A stretch of DNA of 54,599 nt. It comes from Bacteroidota bacterium. Lineage in GTDB: Bacteria > Bacteroidota > Bacteroidia > Chitinophagales > Chitinophagaceae. The translations under genes were made by a program, and so were the position numbers. Location: NCBI GenBank assembly GCA_005788265.1, contig SXYR01000101.1:1-54599 (forward strand), read 5' to 3'. Numbering within the stretch: the first letter of the stretch is position 1; every line of letters begins with the position of its first letter. Under the pieces are notes generated by a model, which worked only from the letters and a program-made list of their open reading frames with translations, was not told where the DNA came from and ran no database searches. Shown here one piece after another: positions 17,110-25,762 of the stretch.

Positions 17110-18553
17110 TGATCCAATTTTTTGCATCCTGTTCAATATGTCTAACTACGGTCTGCACTTTGTATTTGTCTTTGAGATGTTCGGCAAGCCTATCAGCTGC
17201 GAATACACTTCTATGCTGTCCCCCTGTGCAACCAAAGCTGATGGTAAGCCCTCCGAAACCTCGTTTGATATAATCTTCCACAGAAATATCAATCATACCA
17301 AAAACATGTTGGAGGAATGACGGCATATTTGTTTTATGCATGAGAAATTCCTGCACAGGTTTATCACGGCCTGTTTGCGTTTTGTACTCGTTGATTCGAC
17401 CAGGATTCAAAATTCCTCTGCAATCAAATACATATCCACCTCCATTTCCAAATTCATCGGAAGGAATTCCCTTTTTATACGAAAAGCTGTTGACATGAAT
17501 GGTCAGCTTGCATTCAGGACCGGCAGTTATGGTTGCGAATTTCTCAAGGATTTCATCTGCAACAATGGCATTGAGTACTTTTTGCAAGGCGGGCAGCCTG
17601 ATGGGCAATTTTTTATTCTCTAAAAACCATTTCAAATTTTTAAGTGCAAATGGAATGCTCGCAATGAAATGCGGCTTTCTTTCGAACAATCCCCTGAATC
17701 CATATGCTCCAAGTGTCTGCAACATTCTGATCAGCACAAACCCATCATAATTGGATAGAAAATCATCTTTTCTCAAAGAACCATTCAGCAACTGGTTGGC
17801 GTGCTCAAAATAATACTCTACCAACTCATCCCTCCAATCATATGGCATCTGCGCCCTAGCCTGCCATAACAATGAGGCAATGTCATACTGAAGTGCGCCT
17901 TGCATACCTCCTTGGTAATCGATGAACCAAATATGGCTGTCCTTGACCATGATATTTCTGCTCTGACAATCACGGTGCATAAAATACTGTTGCTCCTCCT
18001 GCATCAAATAGCTGCTGAGCATTTCAAAATCATTCAGCAACAAATTCTTGTCATAAGGTAAATCAAGGGCGCGAACAAAATAGTACAGAAAATAAAGCAG
18101 GTCTGAATAGATAGCCTGTTTATCAAATGATCTTGTTGCAATACAATTGCTGTAGTCAATATTTCTTCCGCCAACAATTTGAAGTTGCGCCAGAGCAGTA
18201 CAGGTTTTTTTAAATAATTTTTTTACCTCTTCTGTAAATCCTTCTTGCTTGATCACATCAAATAGAGAAAGATCGCCCAAATCAGATTGAATATAAAACT
18301 GCTGACCAGGTTCAACGTATTCTATGCTTGGAACAAACAGACCTTGATCGGAAAAATGTTTGGTGAAGGAGACAAATGCATTGTTTTCAGGAACATTCGA
18401 TGGATTGTAGGTCAAAATATATGACTGTTCCCCTTTTTTCAAACGGAAATACTGGCGGTTGCTGCCCGCCTGTTTCAAGGATTCGATTTCAATTCCTTTG
18501 TCAGCGTCCCACTTGCTTACAGCAACAGTAATTTTCTCAAATGCTTGGTGCAT
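17096..18553 (-). CDS. APH-family phosphotransferase (AmgK-like) fused to a RapZ C-terminal domain
   Basis: N-term AGSNRQYFR, HRDCQSRN, IDYQ, YDIASLL; C-term SFSYKKGIP, VFDCR...NP, FGCTGGQHRSV. Confidence 0.85.
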   Translation of the reverse strand: MHQAFEKITVAVSKWDADKGIEIESLKQAGSNRQYFRLKKGEQSYILTYNPSNVPENNAFVSFTKHFSDQGLFVPSIEYVEPGQQFYIQSDLGDLSLFDVIKQEGFTEEVKKLFKKTCTALAQLQIVGGRNIDYSNCIATRSFDKQAIYSDLLYFLYYFVRALDLPYDKNLLLNDFEMLSSYLMQEEQQYFMHRDCQSRNIMVKDSHIWFIDYQGGMQGALQYDIASLLWQARAQMPYDWRDELVEYYFEHANQLLNGSLRKDDFLSNYDGFVLIRMLQTLGAYGFRGLFERKPHFIASIPFALKNLKWFLENKKLPIRLPALQKVLNAIVADEILEKFATITAGPECKLTIHVNSFSYKKGIPSDEFGNGGGYVFDCRGILNPGRINEYKTQTGRDKPVQEFLMHKTNMPSFLQHVFGMIDISVEDYIKRGFGGLTISFGCTGGQHRSVFAADRLAEHLKDKYKVQTVVRHIEQDAKNWINEPY

Positions 18554-18557
18554 GACG

Positions 18558-18565
18558 CAAAGTTA
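18558..18565 (-). promoter_or_regulatory. -7 element 4 nt before the kinase-RapZ ATG
   Basis: TAACTTTG exact consensus, then CGTC-ATG. Confidence 0.65.
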
Positions 18566-18595
18566 TTCTTTATTCATAAAAGTAGCTTCTGGTCG

Positions 18596-18603
18596 TATCT
18601 TTG
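18596..18603 (+). promoter_or_regulatory. -7 element 4 nt before the TrmH-family ATG
   Basis: TATCTTTG exact consensus, then GCCA-ATG (18608). Confidence 0.65.
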
Positions 18604-18607
18604 GCCA

Positions 18608-19144
18608 ATGCATAAGAAAGAAATGGATGAATTGGGCCGCCTCAGCAAAAAAGCCTTTCAGGAGGCAGGCAAAATGCCCATTGCATTGGTACTCGAGAAT
18701 GTAAGAAGCATGCACAATGTTGGCAGTGTATTCAGGACTTCTGACGCATTTTTGGTTAATAAAATTTTCCTATGCGGCTACACGCCAAGGCCACCCCACA
18801 GGGATATCCAAAAAACTGCGCTGGGAGCAACCGAAACCGTGGCTTGGGAGGGAGTGGAAGACATCCGAACTTGCATCGATGAGTTAAAAGACCAGGGTTA
18901 CAAGGTTTTTGCTGTTGAACAGGTTCATGCCAGCATTTCTCTAGAGCAACTGCTTATCCAATCGCCCGAACCCATTGCATTGGTTTTTGGAAATGAGGCG
19001 ACAGGGGTGGAGGAAAGCACCATTGAGCAATGTGATGGATGTTTGGAGATTCCACAATTTGGCAGCAAACATTCTTTTAACATCAGTGTATCGGCGGGCA
19101 TTGTACTTTGGGAACTTTATAAACAAATGAGGAAGCTGAAATGA
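18608..19144 (+). CDS. TrmH/SpoU family RNA methyltransferase
   Basis: LENVRSMHNVGSVFRT, VFGNE..G, IPQFG.KHS.NISV. Start moved to ATG 18608 to avoid overlap with the divergent gene. Confidence 0.9.
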   Translation: MHKKEMDELGRLSKKAFQEAGKMPIALVLENVRSMHNVGSVFRTSDAFLVNKIFLCGYTPRPPHRDIQKTALGATETVAWEGVEDIRTCIDELKDQGYKVFAVEQVHASISLEQLLIQSPEPIALVFGNEATGVEESTIEQCDGCLEIPQFGSKHSFNISVSAGIVLWELYKQMRKLK

Positions 19145-20049
19145 AAAGATTTTTACAGTACCTATCATTGATCAAATTTTCACATACCATTTTTGCCATG
19201 CCCTTTGCGTTGGTTGGATTTTTTGTTGGACTCATGTTCGAGCAGCAAAATGAAATAGCTTTGAGTGGATGGGAGAAAGCAACTGATTATTTCATCGGAC
19301 ATTGGATGGTTTTTCTCCATATCCTGTTGTGCATGATATTCGCGCGCAGTGCTGCTATGGCATTCAACCGCTATCTTGACAGGACATTTGATGCAAAGAA
19401 TCCAAGAACTTCCATACGAGAGATTCCCAGAGGAATTATCAGTCCGGCAAGCGCTCTACAATTCACCATCATCAACTCCATACTTTTTATGGGAAGCGCA
19501 TGGATGATCAATGCAATTTGTTTTCTATTATCTCCGATTGCACTGATCGTCATACTGGGTTACAGCTATACCAAACGTTTCACAGCATTGTGTCATTTGA
19601 TTTTGGGATTGGGACTTTCACTCGCGCCGGTAGGAGCATTCATAGCCGTTACAGAACAAGCCAATCTGCCTATCATTTTGCTATCTGCAGCAGTCATTGG
19701 ATGGGTAAGCGGATTTGATATCATTTATGCCTTGCAGGACGATGCGTTTGATGTATCTCAGGGCCTGTACTCTATTCCAGGTTATATGGGAAGAAAAAAC
19801 GCATTGCAATTATCCAGGTTGTTGCATTTTATTACGGCACTCTTACTGATTGGATTCGGGTACTACAATGGAATGCATTGGATCTATTACACTGGATTGT
19901 TTATTTATATCTCACTGCTGATTTATCAACAGGGCATTGTGAAAGAAAATGATTTGAGCAGGGTCAATATAGCATTCATGACTGCCAATGGCATTGCCAG
20001 TATTATTTTTGCAGCGTTTAGTATCACCGATTTAATTTATTTTGGATAA
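19141..20049 (+). CDS. UbiA-family polyprenyltransferase (probably MqnP-type, futalosine pathway)
   Basis: IKFSHTIFAMPFA, ARSAAMAFNRYLD..FD..NPRT..RE, YSYTKRF, GFDIIYALQD; mqnB and mqnD lie in the same window. Confidence 0.8.
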   Translation: MKRFLQYLSLIKFSHTIFAMPFALVGFFVGLMFEQQNEIALSGWEKATDYFIGHWMVFLHILLCMIFARSAAMAFNRYLDRTFDAKNPRTSIREIPRGIISPASALQFTIINSILFMGSAWMINAICFLLSPIALIVILGYSYTKRFTALCHLILGLGLSLAPVGAFIAVTEQANLPIILLSAAVIGWVSGFDIIYALQDDAFDVSQGLYSIPGYMGRKNALQLSRLLHFITALLLIGFGYYNGMHWIYYTGLFIYISLLIYQQGIVKENDLSRVNIAFMTANGIASIIFAAFSITDLIYFG

Positions 20050-20466
20050 ATGGGAAGAATCATCGCATTGGATTATGGGAAGAAAAGGACTGGCATTGCT
20101 GCAACAGATCCTTTGAAAATAATTGCCAATGGATTGCTAACCATTGAAACTGAAAAACTTTTTGATTTTTTGAAAGACTATGCAGGCAAAGAATCAGTCG
20201 AAAAAATTATCATTGGGAATCCAACCAACCTGGATGGATCTCCCACAGATGCGACTGCTTCGGTTCAACATTGCATCAGAAGACTGAAAAATATGTTTCC
20301 CGCTATTCCCGTCATTCCGGTAGATGAAAGATACAGCTCCAAGATGGCATCCAGAGCAATGGTGGAAATGGGCATGAAAAAAAAGGACCGCAGAGAGAAA
20401 TCAAACATTGATGTAATTGCAGCAACCATGATGTTGCAGGATTATTTGGCAAACAACATCTTGTAA
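20050..20466 (+). CDS. ruvX: YqgF/RuvX nuclease (pre-16S rRNA processing)
   Basis: ALDYGKKRTGIA.TD, VDERYSS, D.IAA...LQDYL. Confidence 0.93.
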   Translation: MGRIIALDYGKKRTGIAATDPLKIIANGLLTIETEKLFDFLKDYAGKESVEKIIIGNPTNLDGSPTDATASVQHCIRRLKNMFPAIPVIPVDERYSSKMASRAMVEMGMKKKDRREKSNIDVIAATMMLQDYLANNIL

Positions 20467-21020
20467 CCAGGCTTTACTCTTCCAGCGCTGATATCATCCA
20501 ACTTCTTTTTAAGCAGTTTTCTTTTGATCAGAGAAATATGATCAATAAAAAGTTTTCCATCGATGTGATCATATTCATGTTGAATCACCCGCGCATTGAG
20601 TCCGCGAAAACTTTCCGTTTTCTGAACAAAATTTTCATCACAGTATGAGATGGTGACAATATTTTCTCTTGTAACCTCTTCCCTGAAACCAGGTAAACTC
20701 AAACATCCTTCATCGCAAGTCCATTTCTGACCTGTTCTTTCAGAGATATGTGCATTGACAAAAACTTTTTTCATACCAAGTTCTCCTTCAAACTGCTCCC
20801 TGTCATCTTCTTCACTGTTGTTGTAGACCTGCTCAGTGTCAATGACAAATAACCTGATTTTTCTGTTGATTTGAGGTGCTGCGAGCCCCATGCCATTTGA
20901 ATTGTACATGGTTTCCCACATATCGGCAACCAATACATCTAAGTTGGGATAATCAGCGGTTATATCCTCACAAACCTGTCTTAACACAGGGTGTCCGTAT
21001 GCGACAACTGGAAGAATCAT
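20442..21020 (-). CDS. def: Peptide deformylase
   Basis: GMGLAAPQ, EGCLS, QHEYDH. Confidence 0.97.
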   Translation of the reverse strand: MILPVVAYGHPVLRQVCEDITADYPNLDVLVADMWETMYNSNGMGLAAPQINRKIRLFVIDTEQVYNNSEEDDREQFEGELGMKKVFVNAHISERTGQKWTCDEGCLSLPGFREEVTRENIVTISYCDENFVQKTESFRGLNARVIQHEYDHIDGKLFIDHISLIKRKLLKKKLDDISAGRVKPGYKMLFAK

Positions 21021-21024
21021 GTCA

Positions 21025-21032
21025 CAAAGATA
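21025..21032 (-). promoter_or_regulatory. -7 element 4 nt before the def ATG
   Basis: TATCTTTG, then TGAC-ATG. Confidence 0.65.
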
Positions 21033-21040
21033 CTAAAGAA

Positions 21041-22702
21041 CTAACCGTTGTAAAGTAGATCGTAATATTCTGTTGCCATCCGGTTGGAATCAAATCTGAA
21101 TCGTACGTCTTTCATGCCGTTCTGTACAATTTGGCGCCAGGTATGAGGTGCGTCATAATATAAAGGCAGGATTTCTTGTTGCAGTATTCTATACAATTCA
21201 TTTAGGTCATAGTCATCCTGGTCATGAACATGCATGCTCTCGTAATCTTTGGGCGGAACAACAAATCCGTTGTTGCCGTGGTTGACAAACTCTACAATCC
21301 ATCCATCATTTGTAGAAAAATTCACTGCTCCATTCATGGCAGCGGTCATCCCACTGGTTCCAGAAGCTTCTCTGGGTACACGCGGATTGTTCAGCCATAT
21401 ATCTGCTGCCTGTTTAAGACGTTTGCTCAATCCCAATTCATAGCCGGTGCATACAGCCATGTTTTTATGGCTCTTGCTTAGGTGAACCAAATGATTGAAC
21501 TCTGTGATAGCAGGATAATCAACCGGATAAGGCTTTCCAGCCCAAACGATTTGAACAGGATACTTTGCATTTGCCAACATTGCATCGAATCTTTCTCTGT
21601 CACGGGTCAATAAATCTGCACGCTTATAACCTGCAAATCTTCTTGCCCATACAATGGTAAATACATCCGGATCAAGGAGCTTACCGGTTTGATCCGCTAC
21701 AAGGTCAAATGCTCTTTTCTTCAGGTATCTCTTTCGGTCGATGAACTTCTCATCATTCTGTTCATCCATGGCAAAATACAGTTGCTTGTCTGCCCAATAT
21801 CTCCAGTTCTGGGAATTGGTGATATGAATGATAGGACAAACACCATCATGTTTTCCCCACATCTTTCTGCTGACATGGCCATGCAACTCAGAAACTGCAT
21901 TGGATAATCTTGCCAACCTGAGTGCAGTCAGTGAATGATTGAACGCATCATCTTCCATACCAGTTATTTCTCTCACTTTTGACAGTGGCATGCCACAGAA
22001 GTAAGACATTTTTTCACATAGGTATATATCATGTTTTTCATTGCCTGCCTCCTCTGGAGTATGCGTGGTAAATACAAGCTGACGCTTCAGTGCATCCAGG
22101 TCTCCTCCGTTTTTATTCAACAGATAAAATGCAGAAGAGATGGCATGTGCTTCATTCAGATGATACAGGTCTGGCTTGAATCCCAATTCATCTACCAATT
22201 TAGCACCACCTACACCAAGCAAAATAAATTGAGCAACTTTTGTTGCAACATTCGCATCATAGAGGCGGTGGGTAATGGTTTGCGAAACATAATCATTTTC
22301 AGGAAGATCCGTGCTCAATAAAAACAAGGGAGCAGATTTGAATGTCTCAGGATTCAAATAAAATACTTTAACCCAAACAGGTGCATCGTGAATCATGACC
22401 TGAAACTTGATGCCAGTATCTTCCAGGAAATTGTAAATTTTTTCGTTCCACTGAACCTGCAATGTCTGATCTTGGTTTCGCGCTTGGTCATAATACCCAT
22501 ACTTCCACAAAATTCCAACTCCGATCAAGTTTTGACGCAACTCATATGCACTTCTCAGGTGTGAACCAGATAAAAATCCCAAACCACCACTGTAAATTTT
22601 TAGTGGTTGGTGAATAGCAAATTCCATCGAGAAATAAGCTACTTTTTTGGAGAACCTGGAATCAACAGAATAGGGAAGTGAATAGTTCCTGAAGTTGGAC
22701 AT
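21041..22702 (-). CDS. glgP: Alpha-glucan phosphorylase family protein (GT35), short form with atypical PLP site
   Basis: AYFSMEF, YSGGLG.L.G, HLNEAH, FTTHT, ARRFAGYKR, EASGTSGM(T)A, DGW. Start moved to ATG 22702 (MSNFRNY). Confidence 0.88.
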   Translation of the reverse strand: MSNFRNYSLPYSVDSRFSKKVAYFSMEFAIHQPLKIYSGGLGFLSGSHLRSAYELRQNLIGVGILWKYGYYDQARNQDQTLQVQWNEKIYNFLEDTGIKFQVMIHDAPVWVKVFYLNPETFKSAPLFLLSTDLPENDYVSQTITHRLYDANVATKVAQFILLGVGGAKLVDELGFKPDLYHLNEAHAISSAFYLLNKNGGDLDALKRQLVFTTHTPEEAGNEKHDIYLCEKMSYFCGMPLSKVREITGMEDDAFNHSLTALRLARLSNAVSELHGHVSRKMWGKHDGVCPIIHITNSQNWRYWADKQLYFAMDEQNDEKFIDRKRYLKKRAFDLVADQTGKLLDPDVFTIVWARRFAGYKRADLLTRDRERFDAMLANAKYPVQIVWAGKPYPVDYPAITEFNHLVHLSKSHKNMAVCTGYELGLSKRLKQAADIWLNNPRVPREASGTSGMTAAMNGAVNFSTNDGWIVEFVNHGNNGFVVPPKDYESMHVHDQDDYDLNELYRILQQEILPLYYDAPHTWRQIVQNGMKDVRFRFDSNRMATEYYDLLYNG

Positions 22703-22849
22703 GATCCGTTTTTTGAGCTCGCAATATAGGTCCAAAAAAGGAATGGATGAAAATAATATGTATTTTTTACACAATGTGTTGAAAACTTCGGGGCTCCTCC
22801 ATGATGATGGCAATAATTAAAAAAAACTACATTTGAACAATACGCCACC

Positions 22850-23797
22850 ATGAGATATTTTTTCTTCTTTTTTGTAATGCTGACCTTGCTGTTTTCCTGC
22901 AACCAGGAAGCAAAGGATATCAACCTGGATGAGGAAATTGGAACAAGTGATTTCATCAAAGCATTCAAACCAGTGGAATTGCCGGTACAGTTTAAACAGG
23001 ACTATTTCGAAAAAAAAGAATCAGACAGCAATTATATTAAGTCTTCTGTTGTTTCAAAGTTTATCCCTGATAGCATTTTTAAAAATGAATTAGGAAAAAC
23101 AAAAGATGCTAAATTTTACAGGAAAGGAAGTTATACGGCAGAAGAAACGGGTGAATTTTATTTGTTTTTAACCGCAGAAAAAAAAGAAAAAAGATACGCT
23201 TACGTAATTTGTTTTGACAAAGATGAAATGTTCAAAACCGGTATGCTGCTCAGTGAGAAAAGCTCCAATCCAACAGTTACGTATGATGGAAGTCTTGACA
23301 AAAGACTTACCATTACCAAACTGAAGAACAGCAGCATTGGAACAGGAAAAGCCTATTACAATAAAAGCGTTTATGTTTACAACACAGAGGGTGTATTTAC
23401 GCTGATCCTTACAGAAAGCAACGAACCAGTTGTAGAGAAAGAGGTTTTTAACCCCATTGACACACTTCCGATGACCCAAGCGCTCAGTGGAAATTATGCA
23501 CAGGACAAGAAAAATTTTGTTGCCATCAGAGATGGCGGTAAAAACGGAAAACTATTGTTTTTTATAAATGTTGACAAATATGGGAAGTCCTGTACTGGAA
23601 GTTTGAGAGGTGATATTACACAAGTAAAGCCAAAAGTATTTCAATACAACAAGGCAGACGATCATTGTATTCTTGAGTTTACATTCAGCAGCAGTGGTTT
23701 GCAGGTAAAAGAACTGGAAGCATGCGGCAATCACCGATCAGTAAGATGTAGTTTTGATGGAAGGTTTTCCAAACAAAGGAAGAAAAACAAAAAATAG
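22850..23797 (+). CDS. Hypothetical lipoprotein
   Basis: Lipoprotein signal MRYFFFFFVMLTLLFSC followed by an acidic stretch (NQEAKD..DEE); Cys-containing C-terminal domain; TACATTTG promoter box at 22828-22835. Confidence 0.7.
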   Translation: MRYFFFFFVMLTLLFSCNQEAKDINLDEEIGTSDFIKAFKPVELPVQFKQDYFEKKESDSNYIKSSVVSKFIPDSIFKNELGKTKDAKFYRKGSYTAEETGEFYLFLTAEKKEKRYAYVICFDKDEMFKTGMLLSEKSSNPTVTYDGSLDKRLTITKLKNSSIGTGKAYYNKSVYVYNTEGVFTLILTESNEPVVEKEVFNPIDTLPMTQALSGNYAQDKKNFVAIRDGGKNGKLLFFINVDKYGKSCTGSLRGDITQVKPKVFQYNKADDHCILEFTFSSSGLQVKELEACGNHRSVRCSFDGRFSKQRKKNKK

Positions 23798-23798
23798 A

Positions 23799-25007
23799 TC
23801 AAAGGATTTGTCCCTGCAACAAATCATCGAGCGTTTCTCGTCTGCGGATTAGTTTCATTTCTCCTTTAGCGACAATCACTTCAGCCGGCCTTGTCCTTGA
23901 ATTAAAGCGGCTGCTCATTTCAAAGCCATAAGCACCTGCATTCTTAAACATCAAAATATCACCTGCATGTACCTCAGGCAATTCTCTGTCCCATGCAAAC
24001 GTATCCGTCTCACATATATTTCCAACTACATTGTAGGTTTTTAGAGGCCCCCTTGCATTGCTGATATTGTCAATGATATGATATGCATCATAAAACATGG
24101 GGCGGATGAGATGATTGAATCCACTGTCAACGCCTATAAAATGTCTGGTTGGATTTTCCTTAATAATATTTGCTTTTGTAAGAAAGTATCCAGCTTCACT
24201 TACAAGAAATTTTCCTGGTTCAAACCAAATTTGAAATTTTCGATTATTGGAATGTTGAAATTGATCTAGTCTTTCGAATAGTTTTTCACCCAGCTGTTCA
24301 ATGTCAACTCCTTTTTCATCAGGCTTGTAAGGTATTTTGAATCCACCGCCTAAATCTATCACCGTCAATTCCTCGAACTGATTGCTTAATTCCAGCAACA
24401 AGTTAAGTCCATTCAAAAAAACATCTACCTCTTTGATTTCACTTCCTGTGTGAAGATGCAGGCCTTTGATGGCCAAGCCGGTTTGTTTTTTTATATCCAA
24501 TATTTGACCAACCTGGTCAATTGAAATACCAAATTTTGAATCAATGTGTCCAGTTGAAATTTTGATGTTACCGCCAGCTAAAATATGCGGATTGATGCGC
24601 ACTACAACCGGATATGTATTGCCATAAACAGTTCCAAACTGTTGGAGAATTTCAAGGTTGTCTATGTTGATATTGACCCCAATAGAAACGGCTTCTGTAT
24701 AGTCATCGAATGAAACACTGTTGGGTGTAAATATTATTTTGGAGGGATCCACTCCTGCTTTGAGCGCAAACTGTACTTCATTCAAGCTTACACAATCAAT
24801 GCCAGCACCTAGATCACGAAAAATACGCAATACATTGATGTTACTCAAAGCTTTGCATGCATAAAAAATACTGACATCAGATTTTTGAAACGCCTGAATT
24901 AGCTTGGCGTATTGAAAATGAATCCGCTCTTCATCGTATACATACAGAGGCGTAGAAAATTCTTTTGCAGCCTTGAGCAGAATTTCATTTGAAAGTGTAG
25001 GAGCCAT
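23799..25007 (-). CDS. lysA: Diaminopimelate decarboxylase
   Basis: TPLYVYD, YACKA (PLP Lys), SKFG, HTGS, DLGGG, EPG, GNICETD, GAYG. Confidence 0.95.
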   Translation of the reverse strand: MAPTLSNEILLKAAKEFSTPLYVYDEERIHFQYAKLIQAFQKSDVSIFYACKALSNINVLRIFRDLGAGIDCVSLNEVQFALKAGVDPSKIIFTPNSVSFDDYTEAVSIGVNINIDNLEILQQFGTVYGNTYPVVVRINPHILAGGNIKISTGHIDSKFGISIDQVGQILDIKKQTGLAIKGLHLHTGSEIKEVDVFLNGLNLLLELSNQFEELTVIDLGGGFKIPYKPDEKGVDIEQLGEKLFERLDQFQHSNNRKFQIWFEPGKFLVSEAGYFLTKANIIKENPTRHFIGVDSGFNHLIRPMFYDAYHIIDNISNARGPLKTYNVVGNICETDTFAWDRELPEVHAGDILMFKNAGAYGFEMSSRFNSRTRPAEVIVAKGEMKLIRRRETLDDLLQGQIL

Positions 25008-25027
25008 GTTAGGATGTAGATTTAAAA

Positions 25028-25702
25028 CTATGCTCCTTCAATATTTTCACCTTGTCCTTCGTCGCCCGTACCTTGCCCCTCTTCCAGATTCTGTTGGACT
25101 TCACCCTCCATTTCAAAGTGTCCGGCATTCACCAATGTTGGTATCACGATCTGCTCTGCAAGCACTTCACTTATTTTAGGCAATTCTTCAGAAGTGTTGA
25201 TGCCAAAGTAATCCATGAAATGACGAGAGGTTGCATAAATGAGTGGCTTACCAATCATTTGCTCATTTCTCCCCGAAATCACGATGAGTTCTTTCTCTAA
25301 TAATTTTTGAATGGAATAATCACAATTTACACCACGAATGGCCTCAATCTCTGATTTGGTGATGGGTTGTTTGTATGCAATGATCGCAAGGGTTTCCAAT
25401 GCTGCGGTAGATAAACGTTTAAGAAATTTATCGCCGTTCAATTGCGCAATGGTAGAATGAAACTCCTTTTTGGTTAAAAATTGCCATCCGCCACCGCTTT
25501 GTCTAAGTTCAAATGGATAGAATTCTGATTGGTATTTTTCATTGATGCCATCTATGCTGGTTTCCACCTGATCCATCGTCACTTTATCATCCATAAAACC
25601 AAATGCGTTGTTGATCAATTCAACAATTTCAACTGCAGTCAGTGGTTTTTCACTGGCAAAAATCAAGGCTTCAACATGATTAATTAAATTGGCTATTTCC
25701 AT
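25028..25702 (-). CDS. scpB: SMC-Scp complex subunit ScpB
   Basis: EALIFAS, LSTAALETLAIIAYKQPITK.EIE.IRGV, G.P.IY.T...F. Confidence 0.95.
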   Translation of the reverse strand: MEIANLINHVEALIFASEKPLTAVEIVELINNAFGFMDDKVTMDQVETSIDGINEKYQSEFYPFELRQSGGGWQFLTKKEFHSTIAQLNGDKFLKRLSTAALETLAIIAYKQPITKSEIEAIRGVNCDYSIQKLLEKELIVISGRNEQMIGKPLIYATSRHFMDYFGINTSEELPKISEVLAEQIVIPTLVNAGHFEMEGEVQQNLEEGQGTGDEGQGENIEGA

Positions 25703-25762
25703 TGATATTAAAATCTTTTTCCCCTTTTTGGGGTGTTAAATGTAAGGGAATATCGTGAGATC

